From a virus (taxonomy: Duplodnaviria; Caudoviricetes): a stretch of 64,000 nt of DNA. Location: IMG/VR virus record IMGVR_UViG_642918906_000001, positions 64,001-128,000 of that record, one strand, 5' to 3'. Below, piece by piece: positions 1 to 10,032 of this stretch. Made by a program: the position numbers and the translations under genes. Numbering within the stretch: position 1 is the stretch's first letter; each line of letters begins with the position of its first letter. A model generated the notes under the pieces. The model searched no databases. It was not told the origin of the DNA and worked only from the letters and a program-made list of their open reading frames with translations.

Positions 1-1
1 T

Positions 2-913
2 CTGATGTTCAAGTGTGCTGCGTATGATGTCCACATTTATATCGTGGAGGGTACGCCAAGCCACGATCGTATGCAATCTCAATTCTTTGTTGAGCAGAAA
101 GTTAACGCCAATATTCCAGTTAACCTACATTACGCCAAAGAGCTAGAGATTGTGTACAACGAGCGCTTTGACGCTCATATTCTTTTTGTCCCTGATAAAT
201 GGCATCCATCCACAGCTGTGACGTTATCACAGGTTAAAGAACTGATGGCAGCCAAGGGCTTAGAGCAAGTTGATTTCGCTATCATGCATGGTGCATTCAG
301 CTATCAATTACCCTCAATCGTAGAAGAGCCTACCCACGATGAAGTCGAATACAGAAAACTTGTACGGCACCAGATTCTCATCGGACACGTACACATTCAA
401 ACCGTTACAGAAAAGATTTACGCCGCTGGATCTTTCGATCGTATATGCCACAATGACGAGATTCCAAAAGGAATGTTCCTTTTCAATGTTAGACAGGACG
501 GCACTTTTGATGCACAATTCATCGAAAACAAGTGGGCTAAGCAATACGTCACGTGGGATGTCCACGGCCTCGATACCAAAGAACTTAATCATGCGGTTAA
601 GGAACGGATCAAAGGACTTCCACGCGGTAGTTCGATCCGACTTAGATGCGACCCAGGCGACGTAGCCAATGGTGATATCGATTCGTTCCGTAAAGAATAC
701 CCGGAACAGGATTGGCAGATCACTGTGGAAAAAGCTACTGCTAAGAAGAATACTGTAATGGAATCCATTCGTAACTTCGATATGTCAGAGTTTGTTCCTA
801 TCACCAAAGACAACCTGCTTGAACTACTGCTGTACGAACTGGAAACCAATGGGCACTCTGAGACAACTGTAGAACGTTGCGCTAAGAGATATACAGATTA
901 CATTAAGGGTTAA
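2..913 (+). CDS. SbcD/Mre11-like metallophosphoesterase nuclease, 5'-truncated by the window edge
   Basis: Motifs GTPSHD (GNHD variant), MHG, GHVH and AGSFDR; frame is open at the window start; position matches the phiKZ core block. Confidence 0.8.
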   Translation: MMFKCAAYDVHIYIVEGTPSHDRMQSQFFVEQKVNANIPVNLHYAKELEIVYNERFDAHILFVPDKWHPSTAVTLSQVKELMAAKGLEQVDFAIMHGAFSYQLPSIVEEPTHDEVEYRKLVRHQILIGHVHIQTVTEKIYAAGSFDRICHNDEIPKGMFLFNVRQDGTFDAQFIENKWAKQYVTWDVHGLDTKELNHAVKERIKGLPRGSSIRLRCDPGDVANGDIDSFRKEYPEQDWQITVEKATAKKNTVMESIRNFDMSEFVPITKDNLLELLLYELETNGHSETTVERCAKRYTDYIKG

Positions 914-916
914 GCA

Positions 917-1741
917 ATGGATCTCATTGAAAGAGAAATTGGGAAGATACCCGTTAGTATCGGAACATCTCTTGCCTTTGAGGGTTACTTAGACATCCAC
1001 CCAAACCAACCTAAGCAACCAATTGACGTTAAAACGGTTAAAGAGATTTGGGTCAACCTTAGAACGTTGGCCCGTAATCTATGGCAAGCTGTACCCACCG
1101 CAGAGGTAGCGAACTTAAACCCTGCGGGAGCAGTGGATGTTCTAATGCAGGAGGTACAAACCATTCCCGTTGCGCTCGCCCAATATGGAGCCAGAGCTAA
1201 AGTCCGCTATTACATCACAGGTAAAGATGCGATGAAGTGGACTTTCCCTAATGCTACATTCAAGCAAGCCAAAACGCCAAAACAAATGGCATATGAAGTT
1301 TACGAACGCTATGCAGCGATTGAGTTGTATAAGCGAATGAAAGACGAAGGTATGGCTGTTATTCTGATCGATCGGAAACCGCCTCCTAGTGACGGTACGG
1401 TTGCTCTACTAACACACTACCCTTCGGATCTTTTGTGGAAAGAACATTTCAATCGTTTACTATTGTTGGAATCACATACCGGTAAATTGAAACCGTGGAA
1501 TATGTGGTACACCAAACTACAGAACATCTCTGAAGACACACCGATGCCCTTTAACAAATTTACGTTACAGGTATTCGGTGACAACGTGGACCTAGTTCCA
1601 CAACCACGTAATATCATCGGTCAGTTGAAGCAGATGGCTACCTCCAAACGATGGAGTCCTGTTACTACTGAAGCCAAGATGTACCATGACATTCAGTCTG
1701 GTAGCAAAGAACTTAAAGAAGCCTACGCCAAATTGAGATAA
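917..1741 (+). CDS. Conserved phiKZ-like core protein (gp66-like), function unknown
   Basis: 274 aa ORF between the SbcD-like gene and ChmC; synteny. Confidence 0.6.
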   Translation: MDLIEREIGKIPVSIGTSLAFEGYLDIHPNQPKQPIDVKTVKEIWVNLRTLARNLWQAVPTAEVANLNPAGAVDVLMQEVQTIPVALAQYGARAKVRYYITGKDAMKWTFPNATFKQAKTPKQMAYEVYERYAAIELYKRMKDEGMAVILIDRKPPPSDGTVALLTHYPSDLLWKEHFNRLLLLESHTGKLKPWNMWYTKLQNISEDTPMPFNKFTLQVFGDNVDLVPQPRNIIGQLKQMATSKRWSPVTTEAKMYHDIQSGSKELKEAYAKLR

Positions 1742-1808
1742 TACTCGTAAGCTTATCATACGTAGCACTTTCGCGAAGTGTATATTTTTTAAAACTCTGG
1801 AGTTAACA

Positions 1809-2552
1809 ATGTCGCAACAACAAAACTTTCCTGCACCAACCCTGAACGTCTTTTCCGTTATGTCGAACTGGATGTTTGCTGACCCTGTCGATGGGGCACA
1901 GAAACGTCCGAGCATGCGAGTAGGCGTATTTGGTAACGTGCCGCGTATCACTGTAAAAACTAACCTACCAAATGACCTGAACCATGGTAAGATTGATTTC
2001 AACATGGATCTGGCTACCTTCGCTGTAGGTATGGCTTACCTGCAAGATCTGGTTGAAGGTAAGGATGTTCCACAGGAACAGAAGTTTGAATATCAGGACG
2101 ATTTCGTTGCTGGTAAGAAACTGGACAAGATCATTACCCTGTCTACTTGGGTAATTGGTAAAGCTGCTGATGGTCGTATCTATATGGCGGTTATCAGCTC
2201 ACAAGCTCAGCGTCCACGCATCCGTTTCTTCTTCGGTCCTACCAAGTACCACAACATCAAGAATGGTGACGGTTCTCAAGTCGGTACTGATCTGATCTCG
2301 GCAGCTTACGCTCGTGGCTTTGCCCGTAGTTCGGAACAGCTGGTCTACATTCTGTTGGGTGGTCCATCTTTCGACCCTAACGCTAAGAACGTTGCTAACC
2401 CTGCCAACTTTGGTGGCGGTGGTGGTAATGGCGGTGGCCAAGGTGGTGGTTTTAACAAAGGCGGTAACGGCGGACAACGTCCACAATACAGTGGTGGTAA
2501 TCAACAAAGTCAACCTGCCGCTGACACAGAACTGGCCAGCTTCGATTGGTGA
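1809..2552 (+). CDS. chmC: ChmC-like nucleus-associated single-stranded nucleic acid (RNA) binding protein (phiKZ gp67/phiPA3 gp61-like)
   Basis: 247 aa; beta-rich N-terminal domain plus G/N/Q-rich disordered tail ending in acidic-aromatic ELASFDW; directly upstream of the gp68-like gene; SD GGAG. Confidence 0.72.
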   Translation: MSQQQNFPAPTLNVFSVMSNWMFADPVDGAQKRPSMRVGVFGNVPRITVKTNLPNDLNHGKIDFNMDLATFAVGMAYLQDLVEGKDVPQEQKFEYQDDFVAGKKLDKIITLSTWVIGKAADGRIYMAVISSQAQRPRIRFFFGPTKYHNIKNGDGSQVGTDLISAAYARGFARSSEQLVYILLGGPSFDPNAKNVANPANFGGGGGNGGGQGGGFNKGGNGGQRPQYSGGNQQSQPAADTELASFDW

Positions 2553-2558
2553 TAATCT

Positions 2559-2600
2559 AAAAACATCAGCTATCTTGATTCGTCAGGATAGCTGTATGCC
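2559..2600 (+). terminator. Stem-loop after chmC
   Basis: CAGCTATCTTGA-TTCG-TCAGGATAGCTG hairpin followed by TATGCC. Confidence 0.6.
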
Positions 2601-2629
2601 CCAATCGTCGGTTTAGGGTTAATACAAAA

Positions 2630-2655
2630 TATTTGAGATTTATATTACTGGTGTG
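2630..2655 (+). promoter_or_regulatory. phiKZ-type early (virion RNAP) promoter, TATATTAC
   Basis: TATATTAC at 2641-2648 followed by N4-GTG; 20 bp identical to the site at 7692-7711. Confidence 0.8.
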
Positions 2656-2678
2656 TAGTATATAGATGAGGATTGACT

Positions 2679-4262
2679 ATGGAGTTTTTTGTTTCCAATG
2701 TACAGGGCGCAGGTTTTACAGAAGTATCCGTGAAGCACGGCGATGAAGTATTAACTTGGTCAACTAGAACTTACAGTAAGGTACAACTAGCCAACCCTAA
2801 TCGGGTGTTTAATGAACTGAATGGTTTTCTACAAACACTACCGCCTGCTACGCACGATAAAATGTTCACGAGTTACAGTGAGATCAATCGACTGTTTCGA
2901 ATGGGCTTTGAACCGCAGCATCTGGTTAACACACTGGTTCACCACATCGAGGAGATCTATAAGTGTCTTCCGATGAATGCACTACGACGCTGGTTGTTGA
3001 CTATAGGTAACATCTATATTCCAGCTGACACACAAGATACGATCACACAGGACTCTCGCTATAACAAGCGTGGTCAGACTTATCTCAAATCAGACTACAT
3101 TAACCTTGCAACTGTTGCCATGGCACTGCAAGCAATGATTCCAGTTTGGGGTGAGTATATCGATCAGTGCACTGACCAAGAACTCTATAAAGAGAACTCG
3201 GTTGTTGGACTGGTACATCGCTGTGAACTAACGAACTGGCCACTCAATGAAACCGATGCGATGGGTGAAGAGATCCCAACCGCATGGGAAAAATTGGATG
3301 ACTATATTCGTTATCGAGTTGAAGATGAGCCTAACACACTGCCTCGGCAATGGGCTGGCCAATCCGCAACCGACGTTCGAGTGTTGCTGCATTCCAAAGT
3401 ACTGGTACGTCGCCTGACGATCATTCCTCTTAACGATCACTCCAGTCACTCTATCGTATCTAACATCTTCAGCTATGTGCGTACTAACGTATCTCCAGCT
3501 GAACGAAGTACCGCTGATCGGGTAGCTAAGAAACAACCTGAAGGTGGTTCTAGCATGGATGACGAAAACAAAACGTCGTTCATTGAATCTCATAAAACAA
3601 CTAGTCGAATTAGTCCTGGTGACGTTACGATGTACAACCTGGAGGCTAAGGACTATGTAATGTTGGCTGAGACTGTAGATCCAACGATCTGCAAAGATAA
3701 ACTGGCACAGTGTATTAGTTGTATTGACCATGTAGCGCAGATTGAAATTCGTCCACATCAGATCCTGCTGGCACAATGGGTTATGGCAAAAGCATTTCCT
3801 GCTCGAGCATTCTATCATATCTCCAAGCTACCAGTGAACTATCTGTTGGCCACGACCCAAGCATTGTTGTGGCATTGGGGTTTTAAAGACGCTGCAATCA
3901 TGATGCAAGTTGAGCCAGTGATGTACGGTGAACATGGTTCTACCACGCAGCTCACTCAGGCACGACAAGGTTCTCGTATTGCTAACCGGTTCCGTCCACA
4001 ACTGGATGAACTGTTCCCGCATATGAAGCTTCAAAAGACCCCGCAGAATGGGTCTGAAACACCTAAGCCAGAAAACATGGCAGGGCTGGCTATCAACAAC
4101 TGCAACCATTCGATCCGCGGTTCCAACTGGGTCTATCATGGACCGATGCGGCTGTTTGAAGAAGCTGGGCAGATCACTCATAACCGGGTACTGATTATCC
4201 CGCAGACCATCAAACATACGCTCACCGAAGTTGTAATCCATTTGGCACAGATCAACCAGTAA
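2679..4262 (+). CDS. Non-virion RNA polymerase promoter-specificity (sigma-like) subunit, phiKZ gp68-like
   Basis: ~527 aa, behind an early promoter, between ChmC and PicA as in phiKZ/phiPA3. Confidence 0.72.
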   Translation: MEFFVSNVQGAGFTEVSVKHGDEVLTWSTRTYSKVQLANPNRVFNELNGFLQTLPPATHDKMFTSYSEINRLFRMGFEPQHLVNTLVHHIEEIYKCLPMNALRRWLLTIGNIYIPADTQDTITQDSRYNKRGQTYLKSDYINLATVAMALQAMIPVWGEYIDQCTDQELYKENSVVGLVHRCELTNWPLNETDAMGEEIPTAWEKLDDYIRYRVEDEPNTLPRQWAGQSATDVRVLLHSKVLVRRLTIIPLNDHSSHSIVSNIFSYVRTNVSPAERSTADRVAKKQPEGGSSMDDENKTSFIESHKTTSRISPGDVTMYNLEAKDYVMLAETVDPTICKDKLAQCISCIDHVAQIEIRPHQILLAQWVMAKAFPARAFYHISKLPVNYLLATTQALLWHWGFKDAAIMMQVEPVMYGEHGSTTQLTQARQGSRIANRFRPQLDELFPHMKLQKTPQNGSETPKPENMAGLAINNCNHSIRGSNWVYHGPMRLFEEAGQITHNRVLIIPQTIKHTLTEVVIHLAQINQ

Positions 4263-4276
4263 GAGGTACGCAATAG

Positions 4277-5950
4277 ATGTTTAACATTAACCAGGGCGCA
4301 ACAGTAGGTAATTCGCAAGTACGCTTTGAACCTAACGGTTTCATTGCAGTACAGACCGGCACCTATCAAGCACAATGTCTACGACCGTTTAAAAGTAATA
4401 CCAACGAGGCAGTAGTTGGTGCACTGCGTCAAGCTACTCACGATGGTCTTAACCTCGGCGTAGCAGCCGTGCAAGAGATCGCCTCTGATGTTATTGTTCC
4501 ACAAGCTATGGTCGAAGGTGAGGTAATGATTCCTCACAACTTCACCTCGGCACGATTCCGCCTGATGTGTCGTGTAAACGAATCGCATCCTTTCATTCAG
4601 GGTACCACTACCCAGCGAGTCTTCTTCGGTTACTCCGACCATTGTGACGTTGCAATGGGTGGTAAGCATCTGCCTGATGACATGCGGATTTACTTCAACT
4701 CTGAAACGATTATCCAAGAGTCTATCGTGCCAACTCCACATGGGCCACAGACTCAAGCCCGTATCATCGGATCTAACCAAATCATTTCCCCAGTCAACAT
4801 GATGGGTGGCAATAATGGGATGTTCGCTCGACCAAGTAACTTCTTGATTCGTCCTGAAGATAACTTTAACTTGATGCAGACTAAAGCAGTTGCAAAGAAC
4901 CTGCAAGAGAATGGTCTGGTTGATGTTAAGATCGATACCTCCTACGACTATCGCACGATGGTAGGTGAAGGTGGCTCGTTCAAGTATTCGATGCGTAAGG
5001 ACACTTCTCCAGTTCGTTATCTGTCGAGTTCGTTGGGTGCATATCAACATGCGCGTTCCGAATATAACGACACCATGCGTGATTCGGATACATTGCTGTT
5101 CAACAAAGGTTCTGATCCAACCGAGACACTGCTTGGCGAAGCGGCTAACATGTGTCGTAACCATGCAATCCAATCGAATACCTTCCTGGGTATTCTGCGT
5201 GAGCATGCTGGCTTCATGGAACGTGGCTATGTAACTTGGAAACGTTTGAAAGAACTGTTCCCAGAACTGTGCCATCCTGAAGTTGCTAAGTTCGCTATGA
5301 ACGATGGCACCACCCAGCGTAAGGTCGTTTCCCAAGCGCACCAATCGCAAACGTTCAATGGCGCTGACAATAAGTCCATCGCGGTGGCACTGTTGTCTCA
5401 GGCTATTCCATCGATCATGATGGATACGTTCTTCCGTCAAGTGTCCTTTGCGGTAACTAACGGTAGTGGTCCAAACGAATATCTGTTCGAGATCTTTCCG
5501 AATGGTACCCAGAGTATCATCCGTAACTTCGACATGCGTCCGTACATTCAACAATTGGAACGTCGCGTTAAAGTAGATATCCTGAACAATATCTCCCGTG
5601 GTAATCAGATCCCATTCCGTATCAGCTGTAGTTCGGACTTGGCTGGTGAAACCATTATGGACATCTCACTGGGTAATGATCCAGTAGAGCGTTACGTTGC
5701 ACCGACTTTCGCAGATAGTCTGTTCTCACCGGTGATCACTCGTAACCAAGAACTCTCCAATGAGATCGCTAACGATATCACGTGGCTGGTTCGTAAGGTT
5801 ATTGATGGTGACGCTAGTCGTCAACCTGAGATCGATATGACGCAAGTCTATACTCCTTATCAGCATCCTGTAGCACCAGCTGCACAGTTTAATCCTCAAG
5901 CACTTAATACCGGAGCACAAAACAATGTCGCAAACCTTGGCCTCCTATAA
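4277..5950 (+). CDS. picA: Phage-nucleus protein import factor PicA/Imp1 (phiKZ gp69-like)
   Basis: 557 aa, immediately after the gp68-like gene; size and synteny; SD GAGG. Confidence 0.7.
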   Translation: MFNINQGATVGNSQVRFEPNGFIAVQTGTYQAQCLRPFKSNTNEAVVGALRQATHDGLNLGVAAVQEIASDVIVPQAMVEGEVMIPHNFTSARFRLMCRVNESHPFIQGTTTQRVFFGYSDHCDVAMGGKHLPDDMRIYFNSETIIQESIVPTPHGPQTQARIIGSNQIISPVNMMGGNNGMFARPSNFLIRPEDNFNLMQTKAVAKNLQENGLVDVKIDTSYDYRTMVGEGGSFKYSMRKDTSPVRYLSSSLGAYQHARSEYNDTMRDSDTLLFNKGSDPTETLLGEAANMCRNHAIQSNTFLGILREHAGFMERGYVTWKRLKELFPELCHPEVAKFAMNDGTTQRKVVSQAHQSQTFNGADNKSIAVALLSQAIPSIMMDTFFRQVSFAVTNGSGPNEYLFEIFPNGTQSIIRNFDMRPYIQQLERRVKVDILNNISRGNQIPFRISCSSDLAGETIMDISLGNDPVERYVAPTFADSLFSPVITRNQELSNEIANDITWLVRKVIDGDASRQPEIDMTQVYTPYQHPVAPAAQFNPQALNTGAQNNVANLGLL

Positions 5951-7250
5951 CGCCATTCTCCCAGCATTCAGCATCGTAGCTGATGACGATGGTCGACTGA
6001 GCCAGAAAAACCCACTCGGTACTCTGGCTCCATTGAGTATCGGTGGACAACGACTGGTACTCCCTTCTAAGGCTTGGCTGAAGAAGGGGTTCGGTGAAGA
6101 CCACGTACCGTTCCACCCACTGTGTGAAGTAATGTCTCGTGAAGGCACTTCCCCAGTAATCCAGCTGCTCCAGCGTCAAGCTAAAGCGGTAATCTCTTAC
6201 AACGTATTCAGTCTGCTGCAAGGACTGATGAAAGTTGCAGTCGATAAAGAATCTCACAAGGATCTGCCAATCGAATGCACTGACTTCCTGAAGAAGCTGA
6301 GTAACGCTGACAAGACCACTGCTGAACTGCTGGACAAACTGTTGTCCGCCGCTACTAAGAAGAACCGTCTGCTGACTGTTTATCTTAAGAATGGTGGTAA
6401 GTTTGATGGTAAGAAAGTTAACCGTTCGGCGATCATTCGATTCCCGATCATGGAAGACCTGCAAGCCGATCAAACCAACACTAACGTACTGGGGGTGACG
6501 ATTCCTAAGAAACAGCGTCCTACCCTGATCGCTCTGTTCAAGTTGGTCCTGCCATTCGGTGATAACCCAGAGGAATATTCCTTTGGTACCGTAGCCCGTG
6601 TAGCACCATATTACACTGCACTGCTGACTGCATATCACAAGATCGCTACCGTGTTGAATCAGTCGATCAATACGTATGGTGAGAAGCTTAACATCCCTGT
6701 TCGTCCAATCGAATTGTTTGATCTGGACTGCATCGATGAGTTCTCCAAGATCTATAACGAACTGCCAGCATTGAATGGTAACGAAGGTACCACCAAAGAG
6801 CAGGATCTGGAAGCGAGTGAAACTGTTGTACCGAAGAAGCAGCTTCGTGCTACTGAAACGGTTGCGCAGGTAGCCCGTAATGAGAACAAGCCTGTAGAAA
6901 CGCTGACCGAAGCATTGGTAACACGCGGATCTAATGGTGCATCGATGGACGACTTCATGAAAGCCATCAATCCACAGCCTCAGTTTAACCAGTATCCTCA
7001 GGCAACTCCACCGTCTAATGGTTATTTCCCACAAGGGCAATTCCCACAGCACAACGGTTTCAATAACGTAACCGGTTACGGTAACAATGGCTATCCGACG
7101 CAACAACCTCCAGTTGGTAACCCATATGCACCGATTCCAACGGCTGCTCCATGGGAACAACAGCAACAAGGTAGCTGGGGTGGTGGACCAGCTAACCCAT
7201 TCATGGCAGCTACTGCCACCGGTCGCGGTAACGGTATGGGTCTGATCTAA
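5925..7250 (+). CDS. Nuclear-shell-associated core protein (phiKZ gp70/phiPA3 gp64-like) with low-complexity Q/N/G/P tail
   Basis: 441 aa, overlaps the PicA stop; synteny. Confidence 0.6.
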   Translation: MSQTLASYNAILPAFSIVADDDGRLSQKNPLGTLAPLSIGGQRLVLPSKAWLKKGFGEDHVPFHPLCEVMSREGTSPVIQLLQRQAKAVISYNVFSLLQGLMKVAVDKESHKDLPIECTDFLKKLSNADKTTAELLDKLLSAATKKNRLLTVYLKNGGKFDGKKVNRSAIIRFPIMEDLQADQTNTNVLGVTIPKKQRPTLIALFKLVLPFGDNPEEYSFGTVARVAPYYTALLTAYHKIATVLNQSINTYGEKLNIPVRPIELFDLDCIDEFSKIYNELPALNGNEGTTKEQDLEASETVVPKKQLRATETVAQVARNENKPVETLTEALVTRGSNGASMDDFMKAINPQPQFNQYPQATPPSNGYFPQGQFPQHNGFNNVTGYGNNGYPTQQPPVGNPYAPIPTAAPWEQQQQGSWGGGPANPFMAATATGRGNGMGLI

Positions 7251-7251
7251 A

Positions 7252-7297
7252 CGGCATAAGCTGGGGTCTTCGGACCCCAGTCTATACCTTCTTTTTT
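7252..7297 (+). terminator. Intrinsic terminator between convergent genes
   Basis: CTGGGGTC-TTCG-GACCCCAG at 7261-7280 plus a T-rich tract. Confidence 0.8.
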
Positions 7298-7307
7298 ACG
7301 CGGGTTT

Positions 7308-7685
7308 TTATGACCGACGAAGCGTCATGTAGTATTGTTGGATCTCAGCTATTGCGTTAGGGTGTGGTTCCAGTAACTTAGGAATACTGCCGTCGGAATA
7401 GACATCTCTTAAAGATGCACCAAACTGTTGCGGGTGAGTCATGCCATTGACTCGTAACATAACCCAAAACATTTCCGCCCGGTAACCTTTATATAGAAGG
7501 AAGCCATAGAAATCACTTTCAAACTGATAATACTCATCACCAGTGATATCTTTTGGTATGGCATAGATCGTTCTTAATTGAGGGAGATGCATTTCGATAA
7601 TGTGTTGGAACAAAGGTTCGTAGAACATACTTGGTCCAGGTTTAAGCATCTGATTAACAATAGTAAATGCCATTGGAGTCTCCAT
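7308..7685 (-). CDS. Hypothetical protein
   Basis: 125 aa ORF filling the gap, convergent on the terminator. Confidence 0.6.
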   Translation of the reverse strand: METPMAFTIVNQMLKPGPSMFYEPLFQHIIEMHLPQLRTIYAIPKDITGDEYYQFESDFYGFLLYKGYRAEMFWVMLRVNGMTHPQQFGASLRDVYSDGSIPKLLEPHPNAIAEIQQYYMTLRRS

Positions 7686-7691
7686 AGATTT

Positions 7692-7717
7692 TATTTGAGA
7701 TTTATATTACTAAAGTG
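7692..7717 (+). promoter_or_regulatory. Early promoter, TATATTAC
   Basis: TATATTAC at 7703-7710 followed by N4-GTG. Confidence 0.8.
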
Positions 7718-7738
7718 TCTATATGGTTGGAGGATTAA

Positions 7739-7918
7739 ATGTCGGAATCATTAGAACGGGTCATAAGTAAAAAATTACCTGACGGCAAACTATATGTAGA
7801 GGAAACTAACTTGAGTGAACATTGGCATCGGCATGTTAAAGAACATGGTCCGGGGCCAGAGGCTTATGCCCTTTACAACATAGTGATGTGTTACTTTGAG
7901 GAACATAAGAATGATTGA
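7739..7918 (+). CDS. Small 59 aa protein (MSESLERV...EEHKND), not in the ORF track
   Basis: SD GGAGG; stop overlaps the ATG of the nvRNAP beta gene. Confidence 0.65.
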   Translation: MSESLERVISKKLPDGKLYVEETNLSEHWHRHVKEHGPGPEAYALYNIVMCYFEEHKND

Positions 7919-10022
7919 ACAGAAGCGCGTAGTCCGTGAATTGAAGAACCGTTATGTAGGTAACGGTATTATCGATCCATGGCTAGGTACGACATCCGCA
8001 GCTCGCGGCGCAATGTTGCTGGGCCAGATTACTCAGGCTCCTACAATCATTGGGGCGGAACAACGACTCTTTCAAACCGGTGGTGAGCTACGCTTCGGTG
8101 AACATAACTTCGATGTACGTATTCCAGAAGACTGTCAGATTCTGAACGTGGTTCGAAAGTATCCAACTGGTATGGGTGCAGATGCTATTCGACATAACCC
8201 AGAGACTACGATCGTTTATGAGAACTATTACGATGAGTTCAAAACTGTAGGTATCGTTAAGGTACCCGAGTTCATGAGCTTTCACCAGACGTTTGGTTTT
8301 AAGCTTAATAAAGCTAAAGACGTTTGGGATAACATTCATCCGGGTGCAATGGTTTCCAAAGATACCATTCTGGCCGAGTCGGCGGGTAAGTCTAAAGACG
8401 GTCACTTCTGTGCCGGTATGAACGTGAACGCATGTTTCATGTCGCACCATGCTACCATCGAGGACGGTTTCTGGATCTCTGATGAAATCCTTGAGCAATT
8501 CGCACCACACGCTTATGGTACAGCTATTGGTAGTTGTGGGCGAAAGAGCTTTCTGTTGAACGCTTATGGTAACAAACCATTCCCGGATATCGGCGATCGA
8601 ATCCGAGAAGACGGTGTTGTCTTTGCCATGCGGGATCTGTCGGATGACTTGGCTCCAGCTGAGATGACTAAGCGTGCATTGTCTGATATCGATCGTACCT
8701 TTGACCGTGTTGTAATCGGTGAACCAGGGGCTATCGTAAAAGACATCAAGATCTATCGTGATGAACGGCAGAACCCTAGTTTCATTCCATCTGGGATGGA
8801 GCCACAACTGGTTAAGTATTACGATGCTCTGTGCATGTACTATCGTGAAATTCTTCGCATCTATAATGACCTGAAGAAAAAGCGTAAAGATCGCCTGCGT
8901 ATTTCTGATGAGTTCAACCAACTGATCGTAGAAGCACTGATCTATCTACCGCAAGCTGAAGGCCAACGTAAGCTGACTCGTATGTATCGTCTTGAGCCTC
9001 TGGACGAATGGCGCATCGAGATCACTTATGAATCCCTGAAGCAACCAGGTGGTGCTTACAAGATCACTGACTTCTTCGGTGGTAAAGGTGTAGTATGTAA
9101 GACTTCTCCACGGTCTGAAATGCCAAGGGATGAGTTCGGTAATATAGCTGACGTGGTGATCTTCGGTGGTTCGACCATGCGTCGATCTAACTATGGTCGG
9201 ATTTATGAACATGGCTTCGGTGCTACTGTTCGTGATCTGTGTCAGCGTCTGCGGGTAGAGGCTGGATTTGATCGTCATGCTGAATTGAATAACATTGATT
9301 TCGCACAGTCCAAAGCATTTAATGATCCGGCATGGATCGAGTATGCATTCAACGAGTTCCAAGAACTCTGGTGGATCATTGCTCCAACCATGCATGAAAT
9401 CATGAAAGAGCATCCGAACCATAAAGAATACGTTAAGTCGGCGCTGCGTCAAGGTACTACTGTTGTTTATACACCGATCGATGATACCACTCACTTGCCA
9501 ACTGCAATGAATACTATCATCAACACCAAGTTCCGTCCGAACTATACTCCAGTTACTTATACTGATCCAGGTGGACGTGTGGTAACCACTAAGAACAACG
9601 TTCTGATTGGTCCACTGTACATGATGCTGTTGGAGAAGATTGGTGATGACTGGTCATCTGTAGCTTCTGTAAAAGTTCAACAGTTTGGTCTGCCGTCCAA
9701 GCTGAACAACTTTGACCGTTCCAGTACTCCTGGTCGTGAATCTGCTGTCCGGTCGTTCGGTGAGTCTGAGACTCGTTCGTATAACTGCACTGTAGGTCCT
9801 GAACCTACCATGGAATTGGTTGACCAGACCAACAATCCATTGGCTCACGTTGAAGTCGTTGAACAGTTCTTGACTCAAGAGAAACCGACCCGTATTGATC
9901 GGGCTGTCGATCGGAAGAAGATTCCGTTCGGTAACTCTCGTCCAGTCAGTCTGCTGAACCACATGATGCAAACTCGCGGTATTGAATTTAAATATGCGTC
10001 GAGTCCATCGGCATCGCACTAA
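7911..10022 (+). CDS. Non-virion RNAP beta subunit C-terminal part (phiKZ gp71-73-like), uninterrupted
   Basis: EDG motif, YKITDFFGGKGVV (GDK..GRHGNKG equivalent), YMMLLEK and RSFGESE motifs of RNAP beta; likely start ATG 7911 with SD GAGG. Confidence 0.9.
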   Translation: MIEQKRVVRELKNRYVGNGIIDPWLGTTSAARGAMLLGQITQAPTIIGAEQRLFQTGGELRFGEHNFDVRIPEDCQILNVVRKYPTGMGADAIRHNPETTIVYENYYDEFKTVGIVKVPEFMSFHQTFGFKLNKAKDVWDNIHPGAMVSKDTILAESAGKSKDGHFCAGMNVNACFMSHHATIEDGFWISDEILEQFAPHAYGTAIGSCGRKSFLLNAYGNKPFPDIGDRIREDGVVFAMRDLSDDLAPAEMTKRALSDIDRTFDRVVIGEPGAIVKDIKIYRDERQNPSFIPSGMEPQLVKYYDALCMYYREILRIYNDLKKKRKDRLRISDEFNQLIVEALIYLPQAEGQRKLTRMYRLEPLDEWRIEITYESLKQPGGAYKITDFFGGKGVVCKTSPRSEMPRDEFGNIADVVIFGGSTMRRSNYGRIYEHGFGATVRDLCQRLRVEAGFDRHAELNNIDFAQSKAFNDPAWIEYAFNEFQELWWIIAPTMHEIMKEHPNHKEYVKSALRQGTTVVYTPIDDTTHLPTAMNTIINTKFRPNYTPVTYTDPGGRVVTTKNNVLIGPLYMMLLEKIGDDWSSVASVKVQQFGLPSKLNNFDRSSTPGRESAVRSFGESETRSYNCTVGPEPTMELVDQTNNPLAHVEVVEQFLTQEKPTRIDRAVDRKKIPFGNSRPVSLLNHMMQTRGIEFKYASSPSASH

Positions 10023-10032
10023 GAGGTAATGC

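Noticed and set aside
4379-7169. Long minus-strand ORFs (391 aa and 421 aa)
   Set aside because: Antisense shadows of PicA and the gp70-like gene; no SD and implausible composition
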